A stretch of 64,000 nucleotides of DNA from a virus. Taxonomy: Duplodnaviria > Caudoviricetes. The notes under the pieces are model-generated. The model did not search any database. It had not been told where the DNA came from and was given only the letters and a program-made list of their open reading frames with translations. Of this stretch, positions 27,900 through 36,695 are shown piece after piece. The number at the start of each line of letters is the position of its first letter. The stretch's first letter is position 1. The stretch lies in the IMG/VR virus record IMGVR_UViG_3300005739_000025; one strand, 5' to 3'. The position numbers and the translations under genes are program-made.

Positions 27900-29111
27900 A
27901 TGTTAAAGGTATGCGCGTTGTTGCCTGATTATTTAGATACACCTATGGGTGGGCTTGGTGTACAGTTTATGGAGATGTATGCTCACTTAAAGGATAGAGT
28001 AGATTATTATATTGTTGGGTTACCAGAAAAACCTAACGTTAAACATTTTAAATCAAATCTAACACCTTTTGACAACTTTCAGTACCCATCAATTAATAAC
28101 ATTTATCATCAATTACTTTATTATCATAATGCATTAAGTTTTAATGTAGATTTCGATATAATACATGCTTTTGATTGGTCAACAGCACTTGCAGGAGTTT
28201 ATTTATCAAGGAAATTAAACAAGCCTCTTGTATATGGTATGAATCTTTCCTCAAAAAATCTAAATCAGGTTGGAACCTTTTTTTGTACCAATGTAAAAAC
28301 ACCTGACGGACATTTTTTAAACCAGTATATGATAGAAGTTGAACAATTAGGTTTAAAATATTCTAATAGAATAACACAAGTTTCACAGTACTATGAAAAC
28401 TTATACAGCCAATATAAAGATAAAACAGTAATAATTTACAATGGTCTCGATGTTAAAAAATGGACCCCTTCACGAAAAGTAAAATTTCCTGGTAAAAATA
28501 AAATAAAGGTTTGTTATATAGGTCGCGCCTGTGATATGAAAGGAATAGACATGATAACTGGCTGTGATATTCCAGATAATATTGATTTTTATTTTGTTGC
28601 AGCTAAAAAAGGTGCTGAAAGTAAAGTCTGGAAGGATATAACTAACAAAATTAATAATATTAATATATTTCATATTAAAGGACTTTTTGGTCAAGATAAA
28701 ATTGATTTTCTACATGCAATGGATGGTGTGGTAATGCCATCAAAACATGAGCCTGCAGGTATAGTTGCAATGGAAGCGTTAATATCAAAAAACATTCTAA
28801 TTACGACAGCTGCTGGTGGTATTGCTGAGACTGTAGAAGATATTGACTACATGGAGTGTCATAGCAGTAAAGAACTGCAACAATGTTTAGAGACTTTAGC
28901 GAGTTTAGATGAGCAAAGTATAGATAATTTAAAAAATGCTGGCTATAAAAAAATGTTAGAAAGAGATTGGAGTTTTTCTGCAAATCAACTATATAATTTA
29001 TATCAGGAAGTTAAAGGAGAAGAACCGTTACCTGATATGTCTCGTACTTTAGAAAAAACTATACAAGATATTGAGGAATATAACAAAAAAGAAGACGCGT
29101 TTATGTTTTAA
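27900..29111 (+). CDS. Glycosyltransferase family 4 (GT-B)
   Basis: PMGGLG, IIHAFDW, YIGRACDMKG, VVMPSKHEPAGIVAMEAL (E-x7-E). Confidence 0.85.
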   Translation: MLKVCALLPDYLDTPMGGLGVQFMEMYAHLKDRVDYYIVGLPEKPNVKHFKSNLTPFDNFQYPSINNIYHQLLYYHNALSFNVDFDIIHAFDWSTALAGVYLSRKLNKPLVYGMNLSSKNLNQVGTFFCTNVKTPDGHFLNQYMIEVEQLGLKYSNRITQVSQYYENLYSQYKDKTVIIYNGLDVKKWTPSRKVKFPGKNKIKVCYIGRACDMKGIDMITGCDIPDNIDFYFVAAKKGAESKVWKDITNKINNINIFHIKGLFGQDKIDFLHAMDGVVMPSKHEPAGIVAMEALISKNILITTAAGGIAETVEDIDYMECHSSKELQQCLETLASLDEQSIDNLKNAGYKKMLERDWSFSANQLYNLYQEVKGEEPLPDMSRTLEKTIQDIEEYNKKEDAFMF

Positions 29112-29112
29112 A

Positions 29113-30255
29113 ATGAAAGTATTAGCAATAGTTCCAGATTTTATAAAAGAACCTTCCGGTGGTTTAGGCGAACAATTTCGTCATATGATGGAACATCTCG
29201 AAGGTAAAGTAGAATACTACATAGTAAGTTATCCGGAAGAAAATAATTATAAAAACTATAAAGCCGCTAGAGCACCTTTTATGCTCGATCATGCAGCTCT
29301 CACGACTATTTACGGTCAGTCCATATATTTTCTTAAAGCATTAGAGTTTCAAGAAGACTTTGATGTTATACACGCTTTTGATTGGTCTACGTTTTATGCA
29401 GGGTGGTTGTGCAAAGAACACTTCAAAAAGCCATTGGTAGTTACAGTTAATTTATCTTTAAGAGGTTTAAATAATGCAGGTATATTTTATTGTCAAGATC
29501 CAAAAACAATAGACGGTAATAGAATTAATCAATTGCAAATATATTTTGAAGAACTAGGTGTTATAGCTGCAAATAAAGTCGTTCACGTATCAGAATATTA
29601 CAATAAATTGTTTCCTCAACAAATACAAGATAAATCTAAAGTTATTCCTAACGGTATTGAAATAGAAAAGTGGGTTAAAAAGAGAGATGCAAAATTGCCA
29701 GGCAAAAATAAATTAAAATTTTGTTATATAGGTAGAGCTTCTTCAATGAAAGGATTAGACACAATACTAAATTGTGATATACCGGATGATATTGATTTTT
29801 ACTTTGTAGTTTCTTCTAAAAATGCAGAGGAACCCTATTTTACAAACATTAAAAATAAAGCTAACGGTAAGAATATTTTTTATATACCTGGTCTATATGG
29901 ACAAGACAAGATAGACTTTCTTTATGCAATGGACGGTGTAGTAATGCCCTCTATACACGAACCTTTTGGTATAGTTGCGTTAGAGGCCTTAATATCAGAA
30001 AACTTCTTTATATCCACGGGAGCTGGTGGTTTAAGAGAAATTGTAGAAGGTATTGAATGGTTTGAAATTCAAAATAGTTTTGATTTATTAAATACATTTA
30101 AAAAAATACAAGCTTTATCATCTGAAAATAAACAAAAAATTCTACAAAAAGGTAAAGAAAGAGCATTGCAGTATCCCTGGTCGACAGCAGCTAATCAATT
30201 GTATAAAGTTTATACAGCAGTAGGACCATCCAAAACAATAGAATTTTATACTTAA
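29113..30255 (+). CDS. Glycosyltransferase family 4 (GT-B), tandem paralog
   Basis: PSGGLG, VIHAFDW, YIGRASSMKG, VVMPSIHEPFGIVALEAL; start moved to ATG 29113. Confidence 0.85.
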   Translation: MKVLAIVPDFIKEPSGGLGEQFRHMMEHLEGKVEYYIVSYPEENNYKNYKAARAPFMLDHAALTTIYGQSIYFLKALEFQEDFDVIHAFDWSTFYAGWLCKEHFKKPLVVTVNLSLRGLNNAGIFYCQDPKTIDGNRINQLQIYFEELGVIAANKVVHVSEYYNKLFPQQIQDKSKVIPNGIEIEKWVKKRDAKLPGKNKLKFCYIGRASSMKGLDTILNCDIPDDIDFYFVVSSKNAEEPYFTNIKNKANGKNIFYIPGLYGQDKIDFLYAMDGVVMPSIHEPFGIVALEALISENFFISTGAGGLREIVEGIEWFEIQNSFDLLNTFKKIQALSSENKQKILQKGKERALQYPWSTAANQLYKVYTAVGPSKTIEFYT

Positions 30256-30259
30256 TAAA

Positions 30260-30907
30260 ATGGAATTTTTGGAACATATATTTTACAATAAAAAAAATAA
30301 GTTCTATAACGAGGGTAAAATAAACACGAAAAGCTGGACCGCAGATAATTTAAAGTGTTTTATTAAAAAATATAGAAAACCATATGAAGATCTCTTTAAA
30401 GAAAAAGCTTCTATAGAACAACTAGTTCAAGCTCGTCAAAAAGATTCTAGTATAGATTGGTTCCCTGAAATATTTTGGCATAACAAAAAAGATATAGCTG
30501 TGTTTGAGTATGTTGGAGAATCTATTAATAGCTTAAATATTCCTAAAGATTATAGAGAACAATTTAATAAAATCTTTTCAGATTTGTTAAACATGGGTTT
30601 AATGCATAGTAAAATAGTAGAATTTAATAGATATAAAGGCACATTTTATGAAAAAAATTTTTTTGAAACTACAAAAAATATTTTTGACAACGAACTAACA
30701 GTTTTAAATAACAAATTATATCTTGTTGATTACTCTGGACATCTAGTTAAGATTAAAAAATCAAATAGATTTGAATCTTTAGCTTGGGATAAAGATAAAG
30801 AAGCTCTTTATTCTAAATCTATTAATATAGAAGAATATAAAAAAGAAATAGAAAAATTTTTAGATACAATTAAAAAAAGAGAGGACCATAAAGATCCTCT
30901 CTGTTAA
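30260..30907 (+). CDS. Protein-kinase-like fold protein, probably degenerate
   Basis: FPEI...FEYVGE...IP...Q...I...L...G.MHSKI...LYLVDYS resembles RIO/Kdo-kinase-like motifs, with HxD changed to HSK. Confidence 0.45.
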   Translation: MEFLEHIFYNKKNKFYNEGKINTKSWTADNLKCFIKKYRKPYEDLFKEKASIEQLVQARQKDSSIDWFPEIFWHNKKDIAVFEYVGESINSLNIPKDYREQFNKIFSDLLNMGLMHSKIVEFNRYKGTFYEKNFFETTKNIFDNELTVLNNKLYLVDYSGHLVKIKKSNRFESLAWDKDKEALYSKSINIEEYKKEIEKFLDTIKKREDHKDPLC

Positions 30908-30939
30908 CTGCAGTTACGCTTATTTAGCGTTATACTAAA

Positions 30940-31134
30940 TTAGGCAACTTGAAGTCCAGCCTTGCGGATAGCACGGGTAAAATCACGTGCATCAACACGA
31001 CGCAAAGAACGGGCATGCTGATTGGATTGCTCCAAAACATTAACACGCTTGACGGTGAATTCACCGTTGCGGCTACGCTCGATCTTAGCGAAGAAGGTCT
31101 TCGGACGAAGGTTCTTATTTGTGTAATCGATCAT
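30940..31134 (-). CDS. 64-aa Arg/Lys-rich early protein
   Basis: AAAGGAG Shine-Dalgarno (31142-48) 7 nt before ATG; TTGATT-N15-TATAAT upstream; GC-richer codons than neighbours. Confidence 0.75.
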   Translation of the reverse strand: MIDYTNKNLRPKTFFAKIERSRNGEFTVKRVNVLEQSNQHARSLRRVDARDFTRAIRKAGLQVA

Positions 31135-31184
31135 CGTTTAACTCCTTTCACTATTCATTATATAACATAAATATCTTAATCAAT

Positions 31185-31919
31185 ATGAAATTTGCAGATT
31201 TTTTATTAATAGAAGAAAAATTTTCAGACTCAATACTTAATAGAACTGTAAATTACTTAGAAAAAGAAAAAAAAGTACTATTTTTAACAACTTCTAATAG
31301 ACCACCAAGTGATGAAACAGATGTTCCAAAAAGTACACAATTAGCCAAATATATTCAAAGTAGATTAGGGTTGTTAAAATGTGAGATAATAGATGTATCT
31401 AAACTTAACATTTATAATTGTGTTGGTAATGTAAGCACAAAAGAGGGTAATCAGTGCGGAGTAAAAGGTGCATTACTTAAAAATAAGGAAAAAAACCCTT
31501 CCGGGTATCATAGATGCTGGGTGTCTTACAGTCACGATGACGATGAATTATGGAAAGTTACAAAATCGCTGTTTGAGTCAACAGCGGTTGTGTTTTTTGG
31601 TTCTGTAAGATGGGGCCAAATGAATGCTTATTATCAAAAATTAATAGAAAGACTTGATTGGATTGAAAATAGACATACAACTTTGGGGGAAAATAATATA
31701 ATAAAGAATATTAAAGCTGGTATAATAGCAGTTGGCCAACAATGGAACGGTAAACAGGTTATAGAAACTCAAAAACAAGTTTTTAAATTTTACGGATTTA
31801 AAGTGCCTGAGGAATTATCCTGGAATTGGCAGTATTCAGATAATCCAAATTTAGAGACTAAAGAGTCTTACAAGAAAGCTATTACTACTTTTGATAAAGT
31901 TTTTAAACTAAATAATTAG
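31185..31919 (+). CDS. Flavodoxin-like / NADPH-dependent FMN reductase family protein
   Basis: LFLTTSNR...STQLA, IIDVSKLNIYNC, DDELW...VVFFGSVRWG...KLIERL; start moved to ATG 31185. Confidence 0.8.
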   Translation: MKFADFLLIEEKFSDSILNRTVNYLEKEKKVLFLTTSNRPPSDETDVPKSTQLAKYIQSRLGLLKCEIIDVSKLNIYNCVGNVSTKEGNQCGVKGALLKNKEKNPSGYHRCWVSYSHDDDELWKVTKSLFESTAVVFFGSVRWGQMNAYYQKLIERLDWIENRHTTLGENNIIKNIKAGIIAVGQQWNGKQVIETQKQVFKFYGFKVPEELSWNWQYSDNPNLETKESYKKAITTFDKVFKLNN

Positions 31920-31920
31920 A

Positions 31921-32739
31921 ATGAACAATTTTGATATAACTTATAGTATATTACTAGAAGAGTTTTTAAATGAGGAGGATTTAACTACCAGGGGTACAGA
32001 ACTTTTAAACTATTTAGACGAATTACAAGACAGACATTTTATATTATATTTTGTTGCTCAGGTTTTTGATCCAACAGGTGTTTTATCTTATCCTGACTTT
32101 AGACGCTCAATTAGAAATTTTGAAACAGAGCAGAGTAATTGGAACGCTGGAATGGTGTTTGTATCATTTTTAGCGGCGTTGCCTGGATTAGGTATGGGTG
32201 CGAGACTTATTAAAGATATTATATTATTCCCGTTAAAAATGTTAGGTAGTAGTAGTAAAGTTGCGAGATTTGCATTATCTAAAATTACAAGATTTTTTTC
32301 TAGATCATCTAAACTTAAAGTGGAAATGTCTAAAGTGTTAGCAAAAATGTTTGATAAAGATAATGTAGGTAGAGATACAAAAGTATTTTATAATGCTCTA
32401 CAGAGATTGGGCATTAAAGTTGATAAAGAAGCAATAGCAGAGGCTGCGGTAAAAACTGGTGTAAAAGTAGATGAAAAATATTTAAGAAAAATATCTAACG
32501 ACCCATCGTTTATAAGTAAAATTATGAAAATAGTAGCAGCTAAAGGCGCGGGGTTAACTAAGAGAGGCGCTAGAACTGCTACAGCCGGAACCACTGCTTA
32601 TACATCTTTATCTGATCAAGCTGGTAAAAATTTATTTGATATATTTAAGAGTATACCCAGAACCAGAACAGACGCAGTAAGAGGCGGGGGTATAAATTAT
32701 ATAGGTAGAATAGGTGCAACAACACCCCCTAAGTTTTAA
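31921..32739 (+). CDS. Hypothetical late protein (probable head-internal protein)
   Basis: TAAATA 6 nt before ATG; N-terminal F..(I/L)LEEFLNE leader; SFLAALPGLG segment. Confidence 0.55.
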   Translation: MNNFDITYSILLEEFLNEEDLTTRGTELLNYLDELQDRHFILYFVAQVFDPTGVLSYPDFRRSIRNFETEQSNWNAGMVFVSFLAALPGLGMGARLIKDIILFPLKMLGSSSKVARFALSKITRFFSRSSKLKVEMSKVLAKMFDKDNVGRDTKVFYNALQRLGIKVDKEAIAEAAVKTGVKVDEKYLRKISNDPSFISKIMKIVAAKGAGLTKRGARTATAGTTAYTSLSDQAGKNLFDIFKSIPRTRTDAVRGGGINYIGRIGATTPPKF

Positions 32740-33114
32740 TTACTCAGTAATAAAAATTTTTCTAAGAACTGATTTGACCATTTCGTCAAACGACTCTTTC
32801 AAGCCTTTTTTCTTCTTAGATTTTTTCTTACCACCCTCTTGGTCTTCACCTTTAGCACCTGCAATGATATCACCTCTTGTTACTTTATCATAAGGTGGAT
32901 AATTGTTTGCTAAGTTACCATCGTTGGATTCGTTAACCTTTTTCTTACTTTTACCTGCTTTTGAATAAGCAATTGCTGCAGCTTGTTTAGTAGCTGCTTT
33001 TTTTGACTTAGGTTTTGAACCCTTACCAACTTTACCAGTTTTTTTGTACTTTTTCATTTCTGTTTCTATATTTTTTGAAATAGTTTTTTTTGATTTTCCT
33101 TTTTTGAGTGGCAT
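32740..33114 (-). CDS. Lysine-rich small basic protein (MPLKKGKSKKTISKNI...QAAAIAY family)
   Basis: Start moved to ATG 33114; very basic; TAAATA upstream. Confidence 0.7.
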   Translation of the reverse strand: MPLKKGKSKKTISKNIETEMKKYKKTGKVGKGSKPKSKKAATKQAAAIAYSKAGKSKKKVNESNDGNLANNYPPYDKVTRGDIIAGAKGEDQEGGKKKSKKKKGLKESFDEMVKSVLRKIFITE

Positions 33115-33125
33115 AACATATATAT

Positions 33126-33587
33126 TTAGCACTTTTTAAAGCATTTTCTATATAAATTTAACAAATCTTCATCAGTAAATTTCATTTGTCTTAGAAAAGT
33201 TTCAATAAATCCTAAATCTTTAGAATTTAAAACTTGAATAACATCCGGGTCATCTTTCTTTTTTCCTAACTCTATCATTTTTTCTAAAATACCTTTTTTT
33301 AACAGAGTTAATTTTGAGTAGTTTGCACTTGTAACTTCTTGTGGTTGTTCATCTTCTACGGTTTCTATATTTGTTTTATTTACTGTTTGCACCGGATCAT
33401 AACCCGGTGGTATATTTACAATAAAGACCTTTAACTCATTACCAATATTTTCATGAAGTATATAACCCTCAAAATTAGGACTATTATAAAATCCTAATTT
33501 TTCAGCCCATAATGGATCAACCTTTATTCTTATCTTCTGTAACTTTTTATTTTCTAAAACATTTTTACAGATATTTAAAAATTTCAT
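33126..33587 (-). CDS. Hypothetical late protein
   Basis: TAAATA 5 nt before ATG; MKFLNICKNVLEN leader. Confidence 0.6.
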   Translation of the reverse strand: MKFLNICKNVLENKKLQKIRIKVDPLWAEKLGFYNSPNFEGYILHENIGNELKVFIVNIPPGYDPVQTVNKTNIETVEDEQPQEVTSANYSKLTLLKKGILEKMIELGKKKDDPDVIQVLNSKDLGFIETFLRQMKFTDEDLLNLYRKCFKKC

Positions 33588-33633
33588 AATATTATTTATT
33601 GAATTTTAGTGATTGAATATTATATTATAGTAT

Positions 33634-34284
33634 ATGAGTAAAAAGAAACTTCAGCATGCTAATCACAATATAGTTCATACATCAGAAGAAATAGAAGAGT
33701 TAATAACCAAAGGAGCCAAAGCATACGAAAATTATTTAGACGCTTTAGGGTTCGACTGGCGTAATGATCCTAATAGTGCGGATACCCCACATAGGGTAGC
33801 TAAAGCGTTTGTAACAGATCTGGCTATGGGTTGTTATACTGAACCACCAAAAGTGACGGCATTTGATAATGTTGATAGTTATGATGGCATGGTTTGCCAG
33901 AACAATATTAAGGTTGTTTCTTTATGCTCTCATCACCATGCACCTTTTATGGGTGTTGCTCATGTTGCTTATATCCCCTCTAAAAGTGGTAAAGTTATCG
34001 GACTATCGAAACTTAATCGAATTGTTGATTGGTTTGCCCGTCGTCCACAAGTTCAAGAAAATCTCACAATGCAGATTCATCAATATATTGATCAGGTTTG
34101 TGAGAAAAATAATGGGGTTGCAGTACTTATCGAAGCCAATCACACCTGCTGCTCTAATAGAGGTATTAAACATGATTCTACTATGAGAACAGCTAGAATG
34201 TCTGGTTCTTTTTTAGATAATAAAGATCAATCTAGAGCTGAGTTTTATAAGTTTGTAGAGTTTGCTCAAACCTGTAAGGGTTAA
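33634..34284 (+). CDS. folE: GTP cyclohydrolase I
   Basis: [53 protein letters not shown]. Confidence 0.95.
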   Translation: MSKKKLQHANHNIVHTSEEIEELITKGAKAYENYLDALGFDWRNDPNSADTPHRVAKAFVTDLAMGCYTEPPKVTAFDNVDSYDGMVCQNNIKVVSLCSHHHAPFMGVAHVAYIPSKSGKVIGLSKLNRIVDWFARRPQVQENLTMQIHQYIDQVCEKNNGVAVLIEANHTCCSNRGIKHDSTMRTARMSGSFLDNKDQSRAEFYKFVEFAQTCKG

Positions 34285-34694
34285 TCCTTCTTGGTAATAT
34301 CTACTAAACCACCGTGTGCCTTTATAAAAGGTGCACCCAATAGAACTTTATAATTATTATCTGATCTGTCAGTAACAGAGAACGGTACGTTTTTATACAA
34401 CTTACCATTTACTATACAATCGGTTTGTATTACAGGTCTATCATCTATGTTACCCCCACCAATGTGAATTTTTATAACTTCAATAACAGGGAGAGTAACC
34501 TTTTTACCGTTTTCTAATTTAAAAGTTACTTCGTTCTTATTAATTTTTACTTCTGTTCCATGTAAGACGTTGTGCGCTTCATTGCCCGTATCAGTTTTAG
34601 CTTTAAATCTACCCAAATTAGGAATTTCTATATCTTCTATTAATCCGAGTGAGTTTTCAGTTATAATTGAGTTAGCTAAACAATGAAAATTCAT
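34281..34694 (-). CDS. Retropepsin-like aspartic protease (RimK-associated / ATP-dependent Zn protease family)
   Basis: FKAKTDTGN (DTG) and [16 protein letters not shown]. Confidence 0.8.
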   Translation of the reverse strand: MNFHCLANSIITENSLGLIEDIEIPNLGRFKAKTDTGNEAHNVLHGTEVKINKNEVTFKLENGKKVTLPVIEVIKIHIGGGNIDDRPVIQTDCIVNGKLYKNVPFSVTDRSDNNYKVLLGAPFIKAHGGLVDITKKD

Positions 34695-34699
34695 ATATT

Positions 34700-34711
34700 T
34701 ATTTATAAATA
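34700..34711. promoter_or_regulatory. Palindromic double late promoter TATTTATAAATA
   Basis: TATAAATA on both strands, each exactly 5 nt from an ATG (34717 plus, 34694 minus). Confidence 0.8.
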
Positions 34712-34716
34712 ACTAT

Positions 34717-35253
34717 ATGGGTAAAAAGACCGATTTAATTAATATATACGAAACATATAAAAATGAAGTAGTGGAAGAACTCAATATTGGTGTACCTCAA
34801 GGAGGCCCCGCTTTACACCCTACATTAGACGCTCAACCAACCAACGATCATATGGTTGGAATTAAGATAAAAGACGAAGATAGCGAACATCTTCCTTGTA
34901 ACGAACCACAAGAAGATAATAATACTGGGATGGCAAAGAGTGAAACTTTTAGCATCCTTAAAAACGCAAATGATTTAATGAATCTATTACAAACGGTTCA
35001 AAAAGTAGAGCCATGGCAGCTAAGTAAATTAGTAAAAGCAAACGATTATATTACATCATTAAAAAATTCGTTAGAATATGATGAGTTTGAAAAATGTCAA
35101 AAAGATATGCAGACAGGTATGAATGACATAGCTAACGGAATGGTGGTTGTATCTAAGATTAAAGATATGTTAACAGGCGAGGATATGGGTGTTAACGAAG
35201 AAGTGTTAAAACAAGTAATCTTTAATATTGAGTGTCTAAAAGAAAATAATTAA
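34717..35253 (+). CDS. Hypothetical late protein (probable head-internal protein)
   Basis: Late promoter; VEPWQLSKLVKANDYI motif. Confidence 0.6.
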   Translation: MGKKTDLINIYETYKNEVVEELNIGVPQGGPALHPTLDAQPTNDHMVGIKIKDEDSEHLPCNEPQEDNNTGMAKSETFSILKNANDLMNLLQTVQKVEPWQLSKLVKANDYITSLKNSLEYDEFEKCQKDMQTGMNDIANGMVVVSKIKDMLTGEDMGVNEEVLKQVIFNIECLKENN

Positions 35254-35741
35254 TCCTTTTTCTCTTCTTTTTCTTCTTGTGGAACTTCTGTATCCACGTA
35301 CTCCTTCATTATATTATCAATAAACTTTAAAACTTTACGAGCCTTTTTGGGTGGTATTTCTAATTCACCCAAATCTTCATCTAGGTTTTGATAATTATAA
35401 CGGTTAATAACGTTTACTAAATTTTCTTCAACCGCGGTAGCACTGTCTTCATCCAAACCTTTAAGATATTTGATTACTTTAAGTCTATCGTCATCGTCTA
35501 GATCTACTAAAAGAGCTTTAGCTATCATTCCAATTAAAAATGCATCTGATGAACTTCTTGTAGCGGGTGTTTCGACAGGTTGTTCTGTCTCTACAGAAGC
35601 AGGAGCCGGTGCAGCAGGTGGCATAGCTGGAACTGGAGCTGGAGCTGCGGCTAAACCCGCAGCAGGTTCACCATAAGGTGGAACTTGTTCTGTTAAAACA
35701 TACTTATAAGCTCTATTAAGCTCTTTAATAAAATTACTCAT
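35250..35741 (-). CDS. Hypothetical acidic, Pro/Ala-rich late protein
   Basis: TAAATA 5 nt before ATG; MSNFIKELNRAYKYVLTE leader. Confidence 0.6.
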   Translation of the reverse strand: MSNFIKELNRAYKYVLTEQVPPYGEPAAGLAAAPAPVPAMPPAAPAPASVETEQPVETPATRSSSDAFLIGMIAKALLVDLDDDDRLKVIKYLKGLDEDSATAVEENLVNVINRYNYQNLDEDLGELEIPPKKARKVLKFIDNIMKEYVDTEVPQEEKEEKKD

Positions 35742-35749
35742 AATATTAT

Positions 35750-36253
35750 TTAGGTAGATATGTACTTTAAATTTTTAACATCTTCTAAAGTCTTTATTAA
35801 ACTATAATATTCTTCTTTATTAACGTACTTTCTTAACTTAGTAGTATCTCTATCTTTTAAGTAAAAGCTACTTATCTTTTCATTTAAGCCTGTAAATTCC
35901 CCGTTTTGTTTTATAAAAATGCTATCGTTTTGAACCATAATAAGAGGAATAGGTAACAGCCTTTTTAAATGTTTAAAAACTAACAAAAAGTTTTTTAAGT
36001 ATTTTTTTGAAGTAATATTCGATAAACTATCAGTGAAAACTACATAGACGGGCCTATTTTTTAACGTTTTATTTTTGCTTAAAGTTAGTATTTGCTCTAC
36101 AAAAAAGTGTAAAATTAATTTTTTGAGGTCTTTCTCTCTTAAGTCAGTTGGATTTAATCCCAAATTAAGTATATCAGCAAAAATATTAGTAGAAAATGAA
36201 GAGCAATCATAATAGACTATATTATGATTTTTAGCAGAATACTTTTTCACCAA
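35750..36253 (-). CDS. Hypothetical protein (weak resemblance to a 5'-nuclease N-terminal region)
   Basis: 167-aa ORF; IVYYDCS...LILHFF...VYVVFTD; TTG/GTG start uncertain. Confidence 0.45.
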   Translation of the reverse strand: MVKKYSAKNHNIVYYDCSSFSTNIFADILNLGLNPTDLREKDLKKLILHFFVEQILTLSKNKTLKNRPVYVVFTDSLSNITSKKYLKNFLLVFKHLKRLLPIPLIMVQNDSIFIKQNGEFTGLNEKISSFYLKDRDTTKLRKYVNKEEYYSLIKTLEDVKNLKYIST

Positions 36254-36270
36254 CTAATTATATAATAATT

Positions 36271-36687
36271 TTACTCTTTAACAAGATTTTTTGGCGGCTT
36301 ACCAATTCTAACGTTAATTATACCGTTATAGTAGTTTTCATTTAATAAAACATCTCTACTTATTTGTTCTTTAATTTCCTCGTAGCTTAATTCCCATTTA
36401 GAACCACAAGTCTTTAATATTAAAAACTCAAAATTGTCTTTGCCGCACTTCTTAATGTCTTCATTTAAGTCATTTGAAGAGCCTGTATAAAATTTCCAGT
36501 CTGATTCTTTACTATCAATTCTATTTCTAAGTTTACCCTTTAAGGGTTTTCTTTTAATTTTACGTCTGCACTGTTTTTTACCGATGTAGGTTTTATTATT
36601 TGTAAGATTTTTTATACTGTAAATAAAACCAAAGCAGTCTTCGGTGAAGTCTAACCCATCTTTAATTTTCCAGTGCCCTAAGTCCAC
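36271..36687 (-). CDS. GIY-YIG family nuclease (free-standing)
   Basis: FGFIYSIKNLTNNKTYIGKKQ...WKFYTGSS...F.IL...YEEIKEQ...YYNGIIN. Confidence 0.8.
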   Translation of the reverse strand: MDLGHWKIKDGLDFTEDCFGFIYSIKNLTNNKTYIGKKQCRRKIKRKPLKGKLRNRIDSKESDWKFYTGSSNDLNEDIKKCGKDNFEFLILKTCGSKWELSYEEIKEQISRDVLLNENYYNGIINVRIGKPPKNLVKE

Positions 36688-36695
36688 TAGATTAA

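Noticed and set aside
30905-30935. TAACTGCAGTTA palindrome and ACGCT-N5-AGCGT hairpin between convergent genes, as a bidirectional terminator
   Set aside because: Stems are short and there is no U-tract on either strand
36271-36687. GIY-YIG nuclease as the mobility partner of the group I element
   Set aside because: It is 11 kb away, short, lacks an obvious DNA-binding extension, and resembles the free-standing nucleases common in T4-like genomes
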